Assembly (NCBI GenBank): GCA_964199315.1 | Contig: OZ116702.1 | Coordinates: forward strand, 12,400,001-12,464,000 | From: Orbicella franksi | Lineage: Eukaryota | Length of the DNA stretch: 64,000 nt | Reading direction: 5' to 3' | Part shown: positions 62,701-64,000 of the stretch, in pieces | How positions within the stretch are numbered: the stretch's first letter is position 1 | Layout: the number at the start of each line of letters is the position of its first letter | The notes under the pieces: generated by a model | Seen by the model: only the letters and a program-made list of their open reading frames with translations | Told to the model about the DNA's origin: nothing | The model's database searches: none | Translations under genes and position numbers: made by a program

Positions 62701-64000
62701 AAGCCATATTGTGCCTATTTTGCAATATACCAACATCAATTAAATTACAATATGAATTAGTTACCTTCCACAATATATCGTATCTGTATTATTGTCCTAA
62801 CGCACCAAGTGCGTGTTCTTTTCACGTAAACAGCCACAGAAAAGGGGCGGGATTGTTATTCCTGACAAGTCCTTTGGTTTTTCCTTTTTTGTCCTATTTG
62901 GGTTCCAGTTTCTCTTCAATTTGAGCAGCAATTGATCTCGAATAGCCGCGAAATGCCAAAGTTATTGAGAGGAATGCTTGACAATCTAAATGTCATGGTA
63001 GGGGATCACACATCTCAAACAATGCCCGAGACTTTGACCTCGCAGACCAGGATGACCATTTGGTCAGTTTCCAACATGTCTACCATGCCAGCAACAGAAG
63101 AAGCAACTGTGGATTGTGTTGCGTTTTTTTTGCGAGGAGGGGAAAGGAGGCAAGAATTTTCAAAAGAAAAACACATTTAGATGCAAAGTGAAAAGGGAAG
63201 AGAGAAGCCTGCAGAAGCTAAAAGATACTTAAAGGTGCCAAGGCTTCAGACAAGTCCATGACATTCACAAATACTTTGATAAAATTAGTGACTTAGTGTA
63301 GTTTGCTCACCATTGCACATGTACCAGTTTTCGAAGGTTTTGTATGCGGTTTTCGGTTTTGGGTGAATTTTTTTGCAGTTTGGTGGTTTTGGATGATTTT
63401 TTCTTCGGTTTTGTGGTTTCTAACATACCCCGATGCCCCCCTCACCTAGCTATGTATAATATCTGTTTTATACATCAGTTCTACATGAAATATACCCCAC
63501 CAATTTTAAGGTTGAACTTCATTATAACTTATAGAGAGCTTGAGATATTGCAAGTGCCGAAAAGAGGTCCATTAATTTCCAGTCAACTTTTCCTTTGCCA
63601 AGCAAGTAAACATAAGATACATCTACTATTGCTGTTTGCCCTGGAAGAACTACAAGTGAGCTCATAAACTCTGGAGTACAATTCCGGGAGAAATCGCACA
63701 AGTAATTTCAAAAGCGGACAAGCGTGAAGCACGAGGCCGATTTGAAATTACAAGCACAATTACTCTCTGAATTGTACGACACAAGGTCCAATTACTGATT
63801 AATCGTATCTATAACAAATTTCGGAATTAAAAATTCTTTTGAGAACCTCTTTTGAGCAAAAATGTCTGTAGTGCTTTTCCTAAGTTTTGAAAACTGTAGG
63901 AAACATCGCGAAGGAAGCCATTAAAGCACACATAATTGACGTCCCAATCAAGAGGGAATTCAATTAGAGGTATCCAATTACAAAAAGTTCACATTGGATA

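Overview
This is animal genomic DNA. The AT-rich introns, GT-AG splicing and MITE/SINE repertoire look most like a stony coral or other anthozoan (inference). There are no bacterial features or CRISPR arrays. Most of the window (3275-59760, minus strand) is one gene. I traced 48 coding exons by hand with consistent splice phases (8114 coding nt including the stop, about 2,700 aa). The first exon, carrying the signal peptide, was not found. The product is a type I membrane lectin receptor of the mannose-receptor-like class. Domain order: CTL-CTL-CTL-F5/8C-CTL-LamG-CTL-SUEL-CTLx6-F5/8Cx3-SEA-TM-cytoplasmic tail with FDNPVY. The introns hold a near-intact Penelope-like retroelement with an inverted partial copy, a 13-bp TSD and hammerhead ribozyme motifs. 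They also hold a 296-bp palindromic mini-element with a 12-bp TSD and a U3:A8 variant hammerhead, a CRE-type RLE retrotransposon fragment inside an (ATT)n tract, and an intact-ORF 3.2-kb DD34E Tc1 element. L2/RTE LINE remnants, tRNA-derived SINEs and many MITEs make up much of the rest. There is a 163-N assembly gap at 50929-51091.
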